Shown piece by piece: positions 25,113 to 30,250 of a DNA stretch of 30,250 bases. Positions within the stretch are counted from its first letter, which is position 1. Each line of letters begins with the position of its first letter. Below the pieces are notes generated by a model, which was not told the origin of the DNA, did not search any database, and saw only the letters and a program-made list of their open reading frames with translations. This DNA is from a virus (Duplodnaviria > Caudoviricetes), in IMG/VR virus record IMGVR_UViG_3300043423_000103, positions 1 to 30,250 of that record; one strand, 5' to 3'. Position numbers and translations under genes: made by a program.

Positions 25113-27096
25113 CCGTCCGTGGGACGAAGACGAAGAGCTGCGCTCCTTAATAGAGCAACTGCGTATTGAGCTTACAGGCATGTCGGACCGAAAAGCGCGG
25201 GACGCATGGGGCGACGCCATACAGACGGCAGCTCGGACAGGGGATCTTGCTTTACTGATCGAGCAGTGCGCCTATGCGCGGCCTATCGTACCCGTCGATA
25301 CGTTTCTTTTCGACCCCGCGTATCTTGGCGTGGAGGAAAACAAGGTTTATCCTAAAATTATCGAGGCGTGCCACGAATTAGATAAAGGGATCTATACGGA
25401 AGCGGTGCTAAAGGGCGCGTTAGGTATCGGGAAGTCTACGTTGGCTAACCTGATGCTGTCCCGGGATCTGTATAAGCTTTCGTGTATGCGTAACCCGCAA
25501 AACACGTTCGGACTGCCGTCCAAATCGTCGATCATATTCACCATACAGTCCATTCGCTTGTCTACCGCAAAAAAAGCGGTGTTCAACGAGCTAGGCCAAT
25601 ACTTGCGTAAGTCTCCTTACTTTGAGAAGATCTACCCTTACGACAAGAAAGTCCTCAGCGAAATGATTTTCCGGAGAAATAACGTTTCCGTCGTTCCTGT
25701 CTCCTCCGCGACTACGGGGGCCATCTCCATGAACGTGATGGGCGGTATTCTTGACGAGATGAACTTCATGCAAAAAATCGGAGAGTCGAAATCCTCCGAA
25801 GCTAGCGCGGACGGCTCGTTTGACCAAGCCAAGGCGTTGTACGACACGTTGGCTAAACGCCGAAAATCGCGTTTTATGCAAAAAGGGAAATTGCCCGGAA
25901 CGTTATACCTGATCTCTTCCTCGCGGTTTCCCGACGATTTCACGGAGGTGAAGGCCGCGCAGTCTACCATGTGCGGAGGCACGGACCCTTCCATCTATGT
26001 CTACTCCTATGCTCAATGGGACGTCAAGCCTAAGGGGACTTTTTCGGATCAAACGTTCCGCGTCCTCATAGGCAACGATACGATAAGGTCGAAAGTGCTT
26101 GCTCCGGGAGAAACGGCGCTCACGGGTTGCGAAGTCATCGAAGTGCCTGAAGATTTCCGTGTTGACTTTGAGAATAACACGGACGGTGCAATACGGGACT
26201 TTGCGGGGAAGACGACGCTTGCTACGTCGCCTTTTATCCTGAAAAGAGAGTGCATCGCCGAGTGCATGGAGGCGGCGGAAAAAGCGGGGTATAGGAACAT
26301 CTTCCGCCAAGAAAGCGTGGATCTTTCGCTGGGGATGCCGCGTCCCGTCGCCGAGTACGTAAGACTGGACGTGGACAGTCCGCGCGCGTGTCACGTAGAC
26401 TTGGGGTTAAAAAAAGACGCCTGCGGTATAGCGGTGGGCCATGTGGCCGGCTTGCGCATGGTGGAGTCCTACGACCCCGTAACCGAGAAACGGGGACAAG
26501 AATGGATGCCCGTTATCGCCATAGACTTTGCGCTGCGCGTGGTGGCCCCTCCGGGAGGAGAGATTGAGTTCGCCTCTATTCGTGCGTTGCTTATTGCTCT
26601 TAGGGATGACTATGGGCTGCCTCTTAAGTGGATAACCTTTGACGGATTCCAGTCCGTAGACTCTCGGCAAATCCTAAAAACTAAGGGATTTTCCACAGAG
26701 TATATTTCCGTGGAAAAAATCGAACCCTATAACGTACTCCGCGACGCCTTATACGAAAGCCGACTGCTTCTGCCTCGCCACATCATCGCCCGGACCGAAC
26801 TGTCCGAGCTGGAGCAGGTAGTTAAAAACAACAAAATAAAAGTAGACCACCGCCCTCAATCCAGCAAAGACGTGGCGGATGCCCTGTGCGGCGTGACTAA
26901 TTTCCTTATGACGCGCAAGTCCTCATGGGCAATGGCAAAAGATTACAGTTTTGATGCGCGTACTCGACTGCTGGGGGACGCCGCCACGGCGGAAAGTATA
27001 CGAACGGGAACTTGCGAACGGACGGTCGCGTCCTACCTTTGCCGAGCGGCGACTAAGCGGAGGGCTGTACTGCGTCGCTTAGTTAAACGAAGGTAG
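25090..27096 (+). CDS. terL: Terminase large subunit
   Basis: Walker A GALGIGKST, Walker B GGILDEMNF, LISS coupling motif, nuclease HVDLG..KD, TFDGFQS and VDH....SKDVADA. Confidence 0.92.
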   Translation: MKRKTTNSRPWDEDEELRSLIEQLRIELTGMSDRKARDAWGDAIQTAARTGDLALLIEQCAYARPIVPVDTFLFDPAYLGVEENKVYPKIIEACHELDKGIYTEAVLKGALGIGKSTLANLMLSRDLYKLSCMRNPQNTFGLPSKSSIIFTIQSIRLSTAKKAVFNELGQYLRKSPYFEKIYPYDKKVLSEMIFRRNNVSVVPVSSATTGAISMNVMGGILDEMNFMQKIGESKSSEASADGSFDQAKALYDTLAKRRKSRFMQKGKLPGTLYLISSSRFPDDFTEVKAAQSTMCGGTDPSIYVYSYAQWDVKPKGTFSDQTFRVLIGNDTIRSKVLAPGETALTGCEVIEVPEDFRVDFENNTDGAIRDFAGKTTLATSPFILKRECIAECMEAAEKAGYRNIFRQESVDLSLGMPRPVAEYVRLDVDSPRACHVDLGLKKDACGIAVGHVAGLRMVESYDPVTEKRGQEWMPVIAIDFALRVVAPPGGEIEFASIRALLIALRDDYGLPLKWITFDGFQSVDSRQILKTKGFSTEYISVEKIEPYNVLRDALYESRLLLPRHIIARTELSELEQVVKNNKIKVDHRPQSSKDVADALCGVTNFLMTRKSSWAMAKDYSFDARTRLLGDAATAESIRTGTCERTVASYLCRAATKRRAVLRRLVKRR

Positions 27097-27121
27097 AACA
27101 TGGCGACGCTTCGTGGGCCGA

Positions 27122-27149
27122 TTGACGTTAAATAGTTTTACTGTATAGT
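27122..27149 (+). promoter_or_regulatory. Sigma70-like promoter upstream of the portal gene
   Basis: TTGACG-16 nt-TATAGT in an AT-rich intergenic gap. Confidence 0.6.
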
Positions 27150-27185
27150 TATGGTAATTTACTTTATGTCGTCGGACAGATTGCT

Positions 27186-28889
27186 ATGGCTAGAAAAAGA
27201 CACCCTCGTGTGCACAATTCCGTTAAACCGCAAAAAGCCGAAGAGGCGCCCACAGCCGCCAAAGCGCACGCGCCTCGTACAAGCAGACGCTCTCCCCTGA
27301 ACTCTGAACTGGAGCCTCTTACCTCGTATCAGGGAGGGATACTACGAAAAGGGGAGACTAGTCAACAGCTAAGCGACCCTTTTTCCTCCGTTTACGGAGG
27401 ACAGACTATATACTGTTTAGAGGAACCCATATACCCTTTTTCCCAGTTAATTAATATCTACACTCAAAGCAGCATTCTTAGCCCGTGCGTGGAGTCAATG
27501 GCTATTAACGTCGAAGGGTACGGGCATATATGGGAGTATACCGGACCGAAAGGTAAACAGGAAAGCGCCGCCGCTCTAAAGGAAATGAAAATGCTGGAGT
27601 CCGTGGTTACGGGCTTTTCGCAATCACGGTCACTTGTGGAGACCCGAAAACAGGCACGCAGTGATTATGAAATACTGGGGGGCCGAGCATTTGAGGTCGC
27701 ACGAAATCGTAGGGGTCAGGTCGTTCTATTCGACCATGTGCCTATGTTTACGCTACGGATGACCCGCGTTGACCCTTCGCCCGTTTATACTAGGGTGACG
27801 CAAATTGATGCAAACGGCGACACGTTTACTCGGCTAGTCCCCCGTTATTTCCGTAGGTACGCGCAGATTAGCCCCGGTACGCTGGAGAGGGTATATTTTA
27901 AAGAATTTGGAGACCCCCGAATAATAGACCCTAAAACGGGAGAAGTCGCCCCCGATCTGCCTTTCGAGGAGCAGGCAACCGAAATATACATGGACGCGCA
28001 ATATATTCCGGGCCATCTCTACGGGGTGCCCAAATGGATTGGGATATTGCCCGCCATACTAGGCAGCCGAGAGGCGGAAGAAGTTAACTTGAACTTTTTC
28101 CGCGAGAACGCCATTCCTGCAATGGCGGTGCTTGTCTCGGGAGGTAACTTGACGCAAGACTCCTTCGCCGCACTAGAGGAGTCGATTGTCAGCCGTAAAG
28201 GACAAGGCGCGATGAATCGCGTTCTTGTGATCGAGGCTCTGGCGGACGATCAAGCGGGGGGGCTGGACCATTCCCAGCCGGCGCCGCGCATTGACATGCG
28301 TCCCATGATCTCGGAACGGCAGCAGGAAGGCTTGTTCCAAGAGTATGACGGAAAAAATGCGGAAAAGGGCCGCTCCGTATTTCGGCTGCCTCCTATTATT
28401 CAAGGCCGGGCGCAAGACTACACGCGGGCGTCCGCCATCGCGTCCATGCAGGTGGCGGAGAATCAGGTGTTCTTGCCGGAACGGATGCGGTTCGACGATT
28501 TTTTGAACTCCAAGATTTTATCGACGTATAGCCCTCGGTACTGGAGATTCAAGTCGTTAGGCGCCCCGCTCTCCGACCCGGAATCCATCGCCACCATCGT
28601 CGATTCTCTCGGCGGGCAGGGGGCATTAACGCCCAACGTGGTCATCGGATTAGCTAATCAGATTTTGGCCATCGACGTACCCAGTATATCCGAGGAGTGG
28701 GGTAACGTTCCCTTTGCCGTCATATTGGAGCTGGTAAAAAAGGGGACCGTTATTAAGGGTCTGGACTCCTTTATCGTTCAGCTGGCCACAGCGGCGGAGT
28801 CGCCGACCGCGCAAGGTACACCCCAAAAAAAGGAAGCGGCGGAGTTCCTTTCGGCGTATGCCTCCGGTCTTTCCGTAACGAACGTATAA
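27186..28889 (+). CDS. Phage portal protein (PBSX-like)
   Basis: D.E.LG..AFEV.RN..G, YFKEFGD, YGVPKW, N.NFF.ENAIP..AV.V.GG, FRLPP and LTPN; downstream of TerL. Confidence 0.9.
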   Translation: MARKRHPRVHNSVKPQKAEEAPTAAKAHAPRTSRRSPLNSELEPLTSYQGGILRKGETSQQLSDPFSSVYGGQTIYCLEEPIYPFSQLINIYTQSSILSPCVESMAINVEGYGHIWEYTGPKGKQESAAALKEMKMLESVVTGFSQSRSLVETRKQARSDYEILGGRAFEVARNRRGQVVLFDHVPMFTLRMTRVDPSPVYTRVTQIDANGDTFTRLVPRYFRRYAQISPGTLERVYFKEFGDPRIIDPKTGEVAPDLPFEEQATEIYMDAQYIPGHLYGVPKWIGILPAILGSREAEEVNLNFFRENAIPAMAVLVSGGNLTQDSFAALEESIVSRKGQGAMNRVLVIEALADDQAGGLDHSQPAPRIDMRPMISERQQEGLFQEYDGKNAEKGRSVFRLPPIIQGRAQDYTRASAIASMQVAENQVFLPERMRFDDFLNSKILSTYSPRYWRFKSLGAPLSDPESIATIVDSLGGQGALTPNVVIGLANQILAIDVPSISEEWGNVPFAVILELVKKGTVIKGLDSFIVQLATAAESPTAQGTPQKKEAAEFLSAYASGLSVTNV

Positions 28890-28904
28890 CTAAGAGGCAG
28901 AGAG

Positions 28905-29522
28905 ATGAAGAAACAAGACCTTATCGCCAAGGCAAGACTTAACGGGCAAACGCCGTCCTCGGCTCAAGTGGTGTTTAAAAAGGTCCACGGGGAAAAACAG
29001 ATCGTCTACGGGGAAGTTTACGCCCCTGAAATTGTAGACTCACACGGGGACGTGATGTCACGGGAGGAGCTGGAGAAACTGGCGCATAAATTCCTTTTAC
29101 AGGGAAAAGCGGAGTGCATTGACACGCAGCATAATAACGTCAAAGCGTCCGCTACCGCCGTAGAATCCTTTATTGCACGGCCGGGGGATCCCGACTTCAC
29201 GGAAGGCGCGTGGGTTTTAGCCGTAAAGGTGCACGATAACGCTCTGTGGGCCGACATTAAATCAGGGAAGTACAACGGTTACTCTATGGAAATCTACACA
29301 TATAAGGAAGAAGTACCCGTTACCGTAAATGTACTGTCCCAAATGTTTGGAAAAACCGAAGATAGTAATGGACATTCACATGTATACTATGTAAAACTAG
29401 ACAATAATGGAAAAGTGATAGGCGGCCATACGTCTGCGGACGACGGGCATACGCACGAAATTATGTGCAGCTCTTCGACGGAAGACGCCGTCGGCCACTC
29501 ACATAGGTATTTTTTATTGTAG
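28905..29522 (+). CDS. XkdF-like putative prohead serine protease with His-rich C-terminal repeats
   Basis: QIVYGEVYAP..VDSHGD, ID.QH, VESFIA, W..IKSG.YNGYSM; GHSH/GHTH/GHSH at the C-terminus. Confidence 0.85.
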   Translation: MKKQDLIAKARLNGQTPSSAQVVFKKVHGEKQIVYGEVYAPEIVDSHGDVMSREELEKLAHKFLLQGKAECIDTQHNNVKASATAVESFIARPGDPDFTEGAWVLAVKVHDNALWADIKSGKYNGYSMEIYTYKEEVPVTVNVLSQMFGKTEDSNGHSHVYYVKLDNNGKVIGGHTSADDGHTHEIMCSSSTEDAVGHSHRYFLL

Positions 29523-29526
29523 CGGT

Positions 29527-30250
29527 ATGAAACAGAAAGTGAGGCAAGTAGTCAGGCGGGTTAACTACCTAAAAGACGCGACCCCGCTGTTCGTTTCCTT
29601 GGTTGATCGGGGAGCGAACGAAACGCCCTTCGCCGCGCTCAAAACCTTAAGTAGGGAGACCGCCGTGGCGCGAAAGCCAAAGAAAGCTCCGGAAGCCCCG
29701 GAAAAGGCGGCTAAACGGAACAATCAAAATATCGCGGTCTATGGGCTAAGGTTTGCGAAGGCGGCGTTCCCTTCTGAAACCGAAGTAGCCGCGTATTTAG
29801 ACGGCAACGACTGGACGGACTACGTTATCGAATCCTCGGATGATTCCTTCTTCGCAAAAGCGAAGGAAGCTAAAGAGAGCGGCGCTTTGCGCGAAATCGA
29901 GATGGAAGTCGGTGTGACCGGCGTCGTCTATGAGGAAGTCCCCGCCGCTCCCGACGCATCGGAATCCGCCGCCTCCGAAGACGCGGACACGCGCGAAGAA
30001 GGCCCTAACGCGGTAGACGCGGAGGAGGCTAAAAAGACGTCGGAGTCCGTCCCGCCGGTTGTTTCGCCGAAGAAGGAAGGCAAGTCCGTTGCCCCTCTAA
30101 AAGAAAAAACGAAGAAGTACTGGGGCTACTACGCGGAATGCTCCACCAGCTATTCCTTATCGGAAGTGCTGATGGCGGGGATGACGGACGGAGTGCCGCC
30201 GGGTTACGAAGAGCTGGAAGACGCAATGTCGGCAGCTATCGCCAACGCCC
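29527..30250 (+). CDS. Head scaffold/protease-associated protein, 3'-truncated by the window
   Basis: Frame checked by hand as open to the window end. N-terminal VSLVDRGAN motif followed by an acidic Ala/Glu/Lys-rich region. Absent from the ORF track because there is no stop in the window. Confidence 0.75.
   Translation, partial: MKQKVRQVVRRVNYLKDATPLFVSLVDRGANETPFAALKTLSRETAVARKPKKAPEAPEKAAKRNNQNIAVYGLRFAKAAFPSETEVAAYLDGNDWTDYVIESSDDSFFAKAKEAKESGALREIEMEVGVTGVVYEEVPAAPDASESAASEDADTREEGPNAVDAEEAKKTSESVPPVVSPKKEGKSVAPLKEKTKKYWGYYAECSTSYSLSEVLMAGMTDGVPPGYEELEDAMSAAIANA

Noticed and set aside
12407-27096. Introns or inteins in nrdA, nrdB, thyX or terL
   Set aside because: The frames are continuous and of ordinary length, with no intein splice-junction or homing-endonuclease motifs noticed.

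Overview
This window is part of a tailed dsDNA bacteriophage genome (Caudoviricetes-like). No host housekeeping genes, integrase or att site are visible. It opens with an AT-rich 39-bp tandem repeat (1-190) and a small + strand gene resembling Acb2/Tad1-type signal sponges. A ~12 kb minus-strand accessory arm follows: two pentapeptide-repeat proteins, two shortened ABC/AAA-ATPase paralogs with destroyed Walker motifs, a macrodomain plus a broken paralog, a PNKP-type HAD phosphatase, TPR-like paralogs and many orphans, with tRNA-Glu and an atypical tRNA-Ser on the + strand. After a divergent intergenic region (~12250-12400) the + strand arm encodes nrdA, nrdB, an XRE HTH, a GNAT, a C5-cytosine methyltransferase whose motif IX lies in a nested +1-frame ORF, a metallophosphoesterase, thyX and a dNMP kinase. 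It ends with a glycosyltransferase-ParB-(TerS?)-TerL-portal-XkdF-like protease-scaffold head module. The best leads are the dual-frame methyltransferase, the pair of inactive ATPase look-alikes (candidate anti-defence decoys) and the glycosyltransferase/ParB module joined to the packaging genes. All family assignments come from recognising motifs by eye; no searches were run.
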